Source: Candidatus Fervidifonticultor quintus (lineage in GTDB: Bacteria > Sysuimicrobiota > Sysuimicrobiia > Sysuimicrobiales > Humicultoraceae). From it: a DNA stretch of 28,898 bases. A program made the translations under genes and the position numbers. The DNA is taken from positions 1 through 28,898 of the forward strand of contig JAVKIJ010000038.1 in the NCBI GenBank assembly GCA_031459535.1, given 5' to 3'. The notes beneath the pieces are model-generated. The model did not search any database and had not been told where the DNA came from. It saw only the letters and a list, made by a program, of their open reading frames with translations. Numbering within the stretch: the first letter of the stretch is position 1; every line of letters begins with the position of its first letter. This document shows positions 17,191 to 25,117 of this stretch, piece after piece.

Positions 17191-18218
17191 CCTTCACTTG
17201 GCCGGCAGCCTTATGGGGCTTGGCGCTCCTTCCGGTAGCGCTGTGGGGCCTCGGACTCGCCGGCAGGCGCCGCCCTGCGCAAGCGCGGCTGGCCGACCCG
17301 CATCTCTTCACCCATCTTGCGGGCGGCCCCGATCCCAGACGCCGCTGGCCCTCAGTGCTGTATGCGCTTGCGGCCACCTGCCTGATCGTTGGCGCGGCCC
17401 GACCGGTGGCAACCGTGCCCGTGCCGACGAACCGTGCCGCGCTGGTCATCGCCATCGACACCAGCCAGAGCATGATGGCCGACGACGTCAAACCCAGCCG
17501 GCTCGGCGCTGCCAGGGCAGGCGCGCGTGTCCTCGCCCGGGCGCTACCGCGCAACGTGCGCATCGGGCTCGTGGCGTTCAGCGATGCGGGGACCATCCTG
17601 GTGTTACCGACGACCGACCGCCACCTGCTTGAGGAGGCCCTGGACCGCCTGCGGCCTCAGCAGTCCACGGCCATTGGCTCGGCCGTGATCGAAGGGCTGG
17701 CCATTCTACCCGGCCGGCGCGAGCTCCTCGGCGAGCGATTGGCTCGCCTGCGCACGCAGTCTGCGCCGGACCCGCTGGCGCAGAGCCCGCCGTCTGGCAG
17801 TACCCCGCCGCCTGGGCCCGCTGACCTGCCCCCCGGCGCGATCGTCATCTTCTCCGACGGCGTCACGAACACCGGCATCGCCCCGCAGCTCTCGGCCGCC
17901 CTCGCCGCTGAGGCCAGGGTACGGGTGCACGCCGTGGGCGTCGGCCAGCAGGGTGGAGCCATCATGCCCTACAACGGGAGCCTGGTCTTCGTGCCGTTCG
18001 AGGCGTCGTCTCTGCAGGATCTGGCAGGCCGGACCGGTGGGGAGTACTTTGCCGCCGTAAATGAGGACGGCATCCGCAGGATTGCGCGGCATCTGGGACG
18101 AGCCATCGGGTGGGAGCGGCAACGCACGGAGATCACCGCGATCCTGGCCGGGGCCGCGGCGTGTCTGATGCTGGCGGGTGCGCTGCTGTCCGGCGCGTGG
18201 TTCAGACGCATCCCATGA
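17187..18218 (+). CDS. BatA-like membrane VWA-domain protein
   Basis: N-terminal TMs, MIDAS DTSQS, TAIG, FSDG, C-terminal TM. GTGA overlap with the protease. Confidence 0.9.
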   Translation: MTFTWPAALWGLALLPVALWGLGLAGRRRPAQARLADPHLFTHLAGGPDPRRRWPSVLYALAATCLIVGAARPVATVPVPTNRAALVIAIDTSQSMMADDVKPSRLGAARAGARVLARALPRNVRIGLVAFSDAGTILVLPTTDRHLLEEALDRLRPQQSTAIGSAVIEGLAILPGRRELLGERLARLRTQSAPDPLAQSPPSGSTPPPGPADLPPGAIVIFSDGVTNTGIAPQLSAALAAEARVRVHAVGVGQQGGAIMPYNGSLVFVPFEASSLQDLAGRTGGEYFAAVNEDGIRRIARHLGRAIGWERQRTEITAILAGAAACLMLAGALLSGAWFRRIP

Positions 18219-19192
18219 TGCTCGAGTTCCGCTGGCCCGCACTCCTCTGGGCGCTCCTCCTGGTGCCGGGGCTGGTGACCCTGTACGTCCGCTGGACCCG
18301 CCAGGTCGCCCGGCGCTCCGTGATCTTCTCGGACCTGGCCACCCTCGTGGCTGCCGGGGAGCAGGCCAGCCGGTGGCGCCGCCACGTCGCAGCCGCCGCC
18401 TTCTTTCTTGGGCTCGGCCTCGCGCTCGTCGCGCTGGGCCGGCCGGTTTTCCCGCTGCCGGTTCCCGCCGACCGGTCGGCGATCATGCTCGTGCTCGACA
18501 TCAGTGGCAGCATGCGTTCCACCGACATCGCGCCCAACCGTCTCGAGGCCGCCAAGGCTGCGGCCAGGGCGTTCCTGGCGGAGGTGCCTGACCAGGTGCG
18601 CGTCGGTCTGGTCACGTTTGGAGGCTATGCCACGCTTCTCGCGCCGCCCGGCACCGACCACAATGCCATTGCCGAACGCCTCGAGGGCCTGAGCTTCATC
18701 CGCCGCACCGCCATCGGCGAAGGTCTGCTCGAGGCTGTCAGCGCCTTGCCGGGGCGCGTGAGGCCGAGGCCCGACGGTACATTACCCGTGGTGCCACATG
18801 CGGACCGGCCGCCCGGCGTCGTGATCTTGCTCTCAGACGGCCGCAGCAACACGGGGATCGATGCGGTCCGCGCCGCCGAGATTGCGCGGCAACAGGACGT
18901 GGTGGTGCACACCATCGGCGTCGGCAACCCCGCACCGGACCCCAGCGCATTGGTGATCGGCGGAAGCCTCGACGAATCGGAACTGCGGGCCGTGGCCCAG
19001 GCCGGAGGGGGAACGTACCACCACGCCTCGTCCGCTGCGTCGCTGGCGGGCATCTACAAGAAGCTGGCGCGCACGGTGGGGTGGGAGCGCCGGCCCGACG
19101 AAGTCTCAGCGGCCTTCGCGCTCGCCGGGGCTATGGCGCTTGTCGCATCAGTGACGCTGGCCCGCTGGTTCACCCATCCGCTAGGCCTGTAG
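18215..19192 (+). CDS. BatA-like membrane VWA-domain protein (paralog)
   Basis: MIDAS DISGS, TAIG, LSDG, TMs at both ends. ATGA overlap. Confidence 0.9.
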   Translation: MMLEFRWPALLWALLLVPGLVTLYVRWTRQVARRSVIFSDLATLVAAGEQASRWRRHVAAAAFFLGLGLALVALGRPVFPLPVPADRSAIMLVLDISGSMRSTDIAPNRLEAAKAAARAFLAEVPDQVRVGLVTFGGYATLLAPPGTDHNAIAERLEGLSFIRRTAIGEGLLEAVSALPGRVRPRPDGTLPVVPHADRPPGVVILLSDGRSNTGIDAVRAAEIARQQDVVVHTIGVGNPAPDPSALVIGGSLDESELRAVAQAGGGTYHHASSAASLAGIYKKLARTVGWERRPDEVSAAFALAGAMALVASVTLARWFTHPLGL

Positions 19193-19217
19193 ACGCCGGC
19201 GCAAATGCGACCGCCTC

Positions 19218-19246
19218 TTGCTGTCCGCAGCAGGCCGGCGTATCGT
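19218..19246 (+). promoter_or_regulatory. sigma70-type promoter of the riboswitch leader
   Basis: TTGCTG, 17 bp spacer, TATCGT, about 24 nt upstream of the aptamer. Confidence 0.6.
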
Positions 19247-19269
19247 AAAGACAAAGGCACCGAAAGCCT

Positions 19270-19407
19270 GCAGCCTTTCGGGGCAGGGTGAGGCGCGTAG
19301 GGGCGCGCCAATTCCCGATCGGCGGTTACAGCCCGTGAGGCCCTATAGGGCCGTGGCCCGGTGGAATTCCGGGGTCGACGGTACAGTCCGTATGAGGTGG
19401 AGGCTGC
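19270..19407 (+). ncRNA. FMN riboswitch (RFN element), atypical
   Basis: P1 GCAGCCTT/GAGGCTGC. Conserved TTCGGGGCAGGGTG...AATTCCCGATCGGCGGT..AGCCCGTGA, CCGGTGGAATTCCGG and CGACGGTACAGTCCG..ATGAG. Confidence 0.9.
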
Positions 19408-19433
19408 CAGGTTCCGGCGCGTTCAGCCGGCCC

Positions 19434-19473
19434 CCAGGGGACGCCCGATTCGGGCGTCTTTGACTTCTCCTGG
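19434..19473 (+). terminator. Riboswitch expression-platform hairpin
   Basis: GACGCCCG-ATT-CGGGCGTC followed by TTTGACTT. An outer CCAGGGG/CTCCTGG pairing abuts SD GGAGG (19475-19479). Confidence 0.6.
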
Positions 19474-19485
19474 TGGAGGTGGTTC

Positions 19486-20616
19486 ATGTCCCGCTTCGCC
19501 CTCGCCATCCCTGTCCTGTTCGTCGTGTTCGCCTTCTGGAATGGCCCGGCGGCGTCGCAGGCCGCGCTGGAAGACCGCCTGGTCGTGCTCACGCCGATCC
19601 CTCGTGAAGTCTCTGATCCGGTCTCGGAACGATTTGCTGAATACACCCGGCGGCGCTTCGGCGCCACGGTGCGGGTCACGATGATCTCAGCCGGCGCGCC
19701 CCTGGCGTACGCGCGCATCATCGAGTGGCGCGGACGGCCCGAGGCCGACCTCATGTGGGCCGGCGAGGCGGAACTGTTCGATGACCTGGCGGAGAAGCGC
19801 CTGCTGGCACCCCACGAATTGCCGGACGCGGTGACCCGGGAGATCCCCGCCGCGATTGGAGAGCCCCGCAGCCTGCCGCTCCGCGACCCGAGGGGATTCT
19901 GGATCGGCACCGCGCTCACGTCGGCCGGTATCATCTATCACCCGGGCCTGCTGCGCCGATTGGGCCTGCCCGCGCCCGCCGACTGGGACGACCTCACCGA
20001 CTGTCGGTTCAAGGGACAGATCGCGCAGACCACGCCCGACCGATCGGGGTCCCACCATTCGTCTCTTGAGGTCATCCTCCAGCTCAAGGGCTGGCAAAAG
20101 GGGTGGGAGTGGGCGCAGCGGGTCGGCGCCAACACCGGCGTCTTCCTCGCGCGCAGCCGCGACGTGCCCACCTTCGTCGCCCGGGGTGAGTTCGCGGTGG
20201 GGTTCGGGGTGCTGTCGTACATGGCGTTTCAGGACGTGCTCGGAGGCCACGATCTGCGGTTCGTGAGCCCGCCCTACGCGTGGTTCACCCCGGCGCCGTC
20301 GGCCGTCGTCGCCGGTGCGCGCTCGCCCCGCGCGGCCCGGGCGTTCCTGGAGTTTCTCCTGAGCGAGGAGGGCCAGCGCACCGTAATGGCCCAGGGGCTC
20401 TTTCCCATCGTGCCCCGGTTCAAGATGGAGGGACCTCCGGGCTCGCCGGCGCACCGCGCGGCGCTCTTCAGCGGGATGCGCTCGTTTTACGACCGACCGG
20501 TCAAGAGCGTCTACGACGATGCGCTCAGCCAGCGCCGGTACAGCGAAGTGAACGAAGTCTTCCGCTCGCTGATCACCGAGCGCCACGACCAGTTGAAGCG
20601 GCTGCACTGTCCATAG
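19486..20616 (+). CDS. ABC solute-binding protein, AfuA/FbpA/ThiB-like class
   Basis: Signal peptide, PEADLMWAG, P..WDDL, PDRSGS, VARGEFAVG and AARAFLEFLLSEEGQ. Confidence 0.88.
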   Translation: MSRFALAIPVLFVVFAFWNGPAASQAALEDRLVVLTPIPREVSDPVSERFAEYTRRRFGATVRVTMISAGAPLAYARIIEWRGRPEADLMWAGEAELFDDLAEKRLLAPHELPDAVTREIPAAIGEPRSLPLRDPRGFWIGTALTSAGIIYHPGLLRRLGLPAPADWDDLTDCRFKGQIAQTTPDRSGSHHSSLEVILQLKGWQKGWEWAQRVGANTGVFLARSRDVPTFVARGEFAVGFGVLSYMAFQDVLGGHDLRFVSPPYAWFTPAPSAVVAGARSPRAARAFLEFLLSEEGQRTVMAQGLFPIVPRFKMEGPPGSPAHRAALFSGMRSFYDRPVKSVYDDALSQRRYSEVNEVFRSLITERHDQLKRLHCP

Positions 20617-20693
20617 GCGCGGCCGCAGCGACCGCCACCGACAGCCGTCTGGACAGAGGAGAATCGCCGACTATAATGAATTCCGGAACTGCC

Positions 20694-20769
<76 letters not shown>

Positions 20770-20804
20770 GCCACGCTCGTGATAAGCCTTGACAAGTGGA
20801 AAGA

Positions 20805-20832
20805 GCGAAGAGTCCCTCTGAGGGGTCTTCGC
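20805..20832. terminator. Hairpin downstream of tRNA-Lys, possible terminator
   Basis: GCGAAGA..CCCT-CTG-AGGG.TCTTCGC. A short pyrimidine tail (TCTTT) is present only on the minus strand. Confidence 0.4.
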
Positions 20833-21145
20833 CACGGGACCCGCACCCCCGAGCGTGTAGAGTTCGATCAGCACCTGCTGCACACTGCTGTTGGATTGCC
20901 ACGCGGCCCAAGCCGCCATGTCGGCGAACGCCCAGGTTGTCACGTGCCGGCCCGTACCAGCGCTCATGAAATGCAAGACGCCCTGGCCCGTCAGGAAAGG
21001 GCGAGGGCGTAGGTATAGGGCCAGACCGAAGCGGGCTCTGCCCCATGCAGGAGAATCGTGGAGCGCCGCAGTGGCTCCGCACGGGGGTGTTCCCGTGCCC
21101 TGCTGGAGCGGGACACCCCTCATTCGTGGCAAAGGGGATGATCTC

Positions 21146-21526
21146 ATGAAGCTCAGTGCCTTCTTGAGCATCAAGGCCGTCATGTGCTTCGTGTTCGGAA
21201 TCCCCATGCTCCTCGCCCCGATGGGAGTGATGTCGTTGTTCGGCGTCGCGCTCGACCCGCCGGGGGCCTTGATGACGCGCTTCTTTGGCGTTGTCCTGAT
21301 CGCGGTCGGCCTGATCTGCTGGTTTCTCAGGGAGGCCGCAGAATCCGTGACCCGGCGAGATGTCCTTCTCGCGCTGTTCGTCGGCGATACCCTCGGCTTC
21401 ATCGTGGCGCTGGCCGGTCAGCGCGCCGGCCTGATGAACCCGCTCGGGTGGGTTGTGGTCGCCATCTGGCTCCTGCTGGCGCTGGGGTTGGGATACTTCC
21501 GGTTCCTGCGGCCCGCCGCTGCCTGA
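21146..21526 (+). CDS. Small 4-TM membrane protein of unknown function
   Basis: 126 aa with four hydrophobic segments. ATG after AAAGGGG. Confidence 0.8.
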   Translation: MKLSAFLSIKAVMCFVFGIPMLLAPMGVMSLFGVALDPPGALMTRFFGVVLIAVGLICWFLREAAESVTRRDVLLALFVGDTLGFIVALAGQRAGLMNPLGWVVVAIWLLLALGLGYFRFLRPAAA

Positions 21527-21637
21527 GCAGCACGGGCCCGGGCCCCCACACGCCCGGGGGCTGAGGGATCGTAGACAGAACCCCCGGGAAATCCTAGAAT
21601 GACTCGGGACAAAGGAGTCAGTGCGACTGCACCCTCC

Positions 21638-21724
21638 GCGGGCGTAGCCGAACTGGTATAGGCGCCAGACTTAGGATCTGGTCGGCGCGAGCCGGTGGGG
21701 GTTCGAGTCCCTCCGCCCGCACCA
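21638..21724 (+). tRNA. tRNA-Leu(TAG)
   Basis: GCGGGCG/CGCCCGC acceptor stem, CCAGA-CTTAGGA-TCTGG, long variable arm, CCA. Promoter TAGACA-17-TAGAAT (21572-21600). Confidence 0.97.
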
Positions 21725-21759
21725 CAGTGGATTCCGCACCGCTGACCGGGAGGTCCTTG

Positions 21760-23016
21760 ATGAAGGTGGAGTGGAGGCGGGAGCCGCCCAGCCGGGCGGT
21801 TCTCGAGGTCGAGATTCCGGCCGAGGAGGTGGCCCGCGAGGTCCAGAGCGCGGCGTCCAGGCTCTCCCGCCGGTACCGCGTCCCGGGGTTCCGTCCGGGC
21901 CGGGCGCCCCGTGCCCTCCTCGAACGGTACGTGGGCCGCGATGAGCTCTACAGCGAGGCCGCCGAGACCCTGGTGAGCGCCGCCTACCGGCGGGCCATCA
22001 TCGAGGCGGGCGTGCTCCCCGTCGGCCGGCCCGAGTTCGACGTCCCGCCCCTGGACGAGGCGAAGCCGTTGAGATTCGTGGCCAGGGTGGATGTCTCGCC
22101 CGAGGTGGACCCGGGGCGGTACGATGAAGTCAGGATCCCGTACGAGCCGCCGGTGGTGACCGACGCCGAGGTCGACGAGGCGATCGAGGATCTGCGGCGG
22201 CGTCGCGGCAAACTGGTCTCGGTGCCGGGAGAGCGCGCCGGCCGGGGTGATTTTGTGTTGATCAGGCCCACGGCGGTGGAAGGGCTCGATCGCTTCCACG
22301 TAGGTCGAGAGGTCCTGGTGGAGGTCGGCGGGGGCGTGGTGCCTCCGGAGCTCGAGCAGGCGCTGGAGGGTGCCGCAGGCGGCGATGAACGGGCGATCAC
22401 GGTGGGAGAGGCCGGACGGCTCGTGGCGACCGTGGTGGACGTAAAGCGTCGGGAAATGCCGGCGCTCGATGATGCGTTTGCCAGATCGCTGGGCGACGCC
22501 TCCACCGTGGAGGAACTCCGGGCAAAGGTGCGGCAGCGGCTCGAGGCGGACGCCGAAGCCCGGGCCCGCGAGGCTTACGAGGAGAAGGTGCTGGGGGCCG
22601 TGCTGGACGGCGCCTCGGTGGAACTGCCGGCGAGCATGGTGGAGCACGAGGTGGAGCATCTGATCGAGGACCTGGCCGGGTCGCTCCAGCGCCGAGGCTA
22701 CACGCTCGAGCGCTATCTGGAAAGTGCGGGGAAGGATCTCCCCGCGCTGCGCGAAGAGTTTCGGCCACGGGCCGAGCGCCGCCTGCGCGCCAGGTTGGTC
22801 CTGGACGCGATCGCGGACCGCGAGGGCCTTGCCCCTACGGGGGAGGAGATCGCTGCGGAGGAAGAGAAAGTGGCGGCCGACCTGAAGCAAGACCTCGCGC
22901 GGGTCAGGGAGTGGCTGGACGGCGAAGGCCGGCGGCAGGCGATGATCGCCGCACTCCGCCGCCGGAAGACCGTGGCCATGCTGGTGTCGCGGGCGCGGGC
23001 CCCGGCGACCGCCTGA
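21760..23016 (+). CDS. tig: Trigger factor
   Basis: [10 protein letters not shown] ribosome-binding signature, [14 protein letters not shown]. tRNA-Leu-tig-clpP-clpX synteny. Confidence 0.93.
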   Translation: MKVEWRREPPSRAVLEVEIPAEEVAREVQSAASRLSRRYRVPGFRPGRAPRALLERYVGRDELYSEAAETLVSAAYRRAIIEAGVLPVGRPEFDVPPLDEAKPLRFVARVDVSPEVDPGRYDEVRIPYEPPVVTDAEVDEAIEDLRRRRGKLVSVPGERAGRGDFVLIRPTAVEGLDRFHVGREVLVEVGGGVVPPELEQALEGAAGGDERAITVGEAGRLVATVVDVKRREMPALDDAFARSLGDASTVEELRAKVRQRLEADAEARAREAYEEKVLGAVLDGASVELPASMVEHEVEHLIEDLAGSLQRRGYTLERYLESAGKDLPALREEFRPRAERRLRARLVLDAIADREGLAPTGEEIAAEEEKVAADLKQDLARVREWLDGEGRRQAMIAALRRRKTVAMLVSRARAPATA

Positions 23017-23086
23017 GGGACGAACCGAGCCGACCCCAAGGCGGTCAATACCTTTGGTGGATGGGAATGGACGCGAGGTGAAGACC

Positions 23087-23692
23087 ATGACGCTGATTCC
23101 GATGGTCGTGGAACAGACGGCGCGGGGGGAGAGGGCCTATGACATCTACTCGCGCCTCCTGAAAGACCGGATTGTCTTCCTGGGTGGTCCAATTGACGAC
23201 GACGTGGCCAACCTGGTCATCGCGCAGCTCCTGCATCTGGAGGGTGAGGATCCGGACAAGGATATCATGCTGTATGTCAACAGCCCGGGCGGTGACCTGA
23301 TCGCCTCACTGGCCATCTACGATACCATGCAGTACGTGCGCCCGGACATCGCCACGATCTGCGTGGGGCTGGCCGCCAGCGGCGGCGCCCTGGTGCTGGC
23401 CGGCGGCACCCGGGGCAAGCGGTCGGCGCTACCGTACTCCCGCATCATGATCCACCAACCGTGGGGGGGCGCCCAGGGGACCACTGCCGACATCGAGATC
23501 CAGGCCAGGGAGTTTCTCCAGATGCGTGCCTTGATGAACGAGATCCTGGCCCGGCACACCGGCCAGCCGCTCGAGCGCATCGAACGCGATACCGATCGGA
23601 ATTTCTGGATGAGTGCCGAGCAGGCGAAGGAGTATGGCCTCATTGACGAGGTCATCCGGCCTCGGGAGCATGCCAGGCCCAAGGCCGGGTAG
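23087..23692 (+). CDS. clpP: Clp protease proteolytic subunit
   Basis: [33 protein letters not shown] and YGLID. Confidence 0.97.
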   Translation: MTLIPMVVEQTARGERAYDIYSRLLKDRIVFLGGPIDDDVANLVIAQLLHLEGEDPDKDIMLYVNSPGGDLIASLAIYDTMQYVRPDIATICVGLAASGGALVLAGGTRGKRSALPYSRIMIHQPWGGAQGTTADIEIQAREFLQMRALMNEILARHTGQPLERIERDTDRNFWMSAEQAKEYGLIDEVIRPREHARPKAG

Positions 23693-23703
23693 ATAGTGGG
23701 AGG

Positions 23704-24975
23704 ATGTTGAGGGCCGGCGAGGACCGCCAGAACACCATGAAGTGCTCCTTCTGTGGCAAGTCCCAGGAACAGGTGCGCAAGCTCGTCGCCGGGCCTGGTG
23801 TGTACATCTGCGATGAGTGCATCGAACTGTGCACGGAGATCGTGGAAGAGGAACTGACCGACCAGGAGACGCGGCCGCAGCTCCGCCCAACCCCAAAGCC
23901 CAAGGAGATCTACGAGACGCTCAACCAGTACGTGGTGGGGCAGGACCGGGCCAAAAAGGCCCTGTCGGTGGCGGTCTACAACCACTACAAGCGCATCGGC
24001 AGCCGCCGGCCCACCGACGTCGAGTTACAGAAGTCCAACATCCTCCTCATCGGACCCACGGGATGCGGGAAGACGTTGCTGGCCCAGACCCTGGCCAAGA
24101 TCCTGGACGTCCCGTTTGCCATCGCCGACGCCACCTCATTGACCGAGGCCGGGTACGTCGGCGAGGACGTGGAGAACATCCTGCTGCGGCTCATCCAGGC
24201 CGCCGACTACGAGGTCAAGAAGGCGGAGCGCGGCATCATCTATATCGACGAGGTGGACAAGATCGCGCGCAAGAGCGAGAATCCGTCCATCACGCGGGAT
24301 GTCTCAGGCGAGGGCGTTCAGCAGGCGCTGCTGAAGATTCTCGAGGGCACCACGGCCAACGTGCCGCCCCAGGGCGGTCGCAAGCACCCGCACCAGGAAT
24401 TCATCCAGATCGATACCAGCAACATCCTGTTCATCTGTGGAGGCGCGTTCGACGGACTGGAACGGATCATCGAAACCCGCACGCGGAAGGCCAGCATCGG
24501 GTTCGGGGCCAACGTGGAACCGCGGAACAAGCGGCACCTGGCTGAGGTCCTGGCGGACACCATGCCGCAGGACCTGCTGCGCTACGGGCTCATCCCCGAG
24601 TTCATCGGCCGGCTGCCGATCATCGTGCCGCTCGACCCGCTCGATGAAGAGGACCTGGTCCGCGTGCTGACGGAGCCCAAGAACGCCCTCGTGCGCCAGT
24701 ACCAGCGCATCCTCGAGATGGACGGGGTAGAGCTGGCTTTTACCGATGAGGCGCTTCGGGCCATTGCGCGAGAGGCCATGGCCCGGGGCACCGGCGCCCG
24801 GGGGCTGCGCACCATCATCGAGGAGATCATGCTCGACATCATGTACGAGGTGCCGTCGCGGGCCGACGTGCGGCGGTGCCTGGTCACCGAGGACGCGGTC
24901 CTACGGCACAGCGGGCCAATGCTGCTCACCGCTGCCGACCTGAAGAAGCCCGCCCGCGAGAAACCCGCTTCGTGA
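23704..24975 (+). CDS. clpX: Clp protease ATP-binding subunit
   Basis: CSFC...CDEC zinc domain, [15 protein letters not shown] and IGF loop. Confidence 0.98.
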   Translation: MLRAGEDRQNTMKCSFCGKSQEQVRKLVAGPGVYICDECIELCTEIVEEELTDQETRPQLRPTPKPKEIYETLNQYVVGQDRAKKALSVAVYNHYKRIGSRRPTDVELQKSNILLIGPTGCGKTLLAQTLAKILDVPFAIADATSLTEAGYVGEDVENILLRLIQAADYEVKKAERGIIYIDEVDKIARKSENPSITRDVSGEGVQQALLKILEGTTANVPPQGGRKHPHQEFIQIDTSNILFICGGAFDGLERIIETRTRKASIGFGANVEPRNKRHLAEVLADTMPQDLLRYGLIPEFIGRLPIIVPLDPLDEEDLVRVLTEPKNALVRQYQRILEMDGVELAFTDEALRAIAREAMARGTGARGLRTIIEEIMLDIMYEVPSRADVRRCLVTEDAVLRHSGPMLLTAADLKKPAREKPAS

Positions 24976-24995
24976 CTTGCCCTGCGCGCCTCAGG

Positions 24996-25025
24996 TTGCC
25001 GACGCGTCCACAAGTGATGGATAAT
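24996..25025 (+). promoter_or_regulatory. Putative internal lon promoter
   Basis: TTGCCG, 18 bp spacer, GATAAT, in an AT-rich patch between clpX and lon. Confidence 0.45.
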
Positions 25026-25117
25026 ATTTAATGAGGAAGGCTGTCGAGCAGGACCGGGAACACTGAGCCCGGACGGAGCGTTATGTGCTCAGTGAGCCCA
25101 TCTGAGCAAGGAGGACG

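Noticed and set aside
20789-20794. Perfect TTGACA after tRNA-Lys
   Set aside because: No -10-like hexamer at 16-18 bp spacing.
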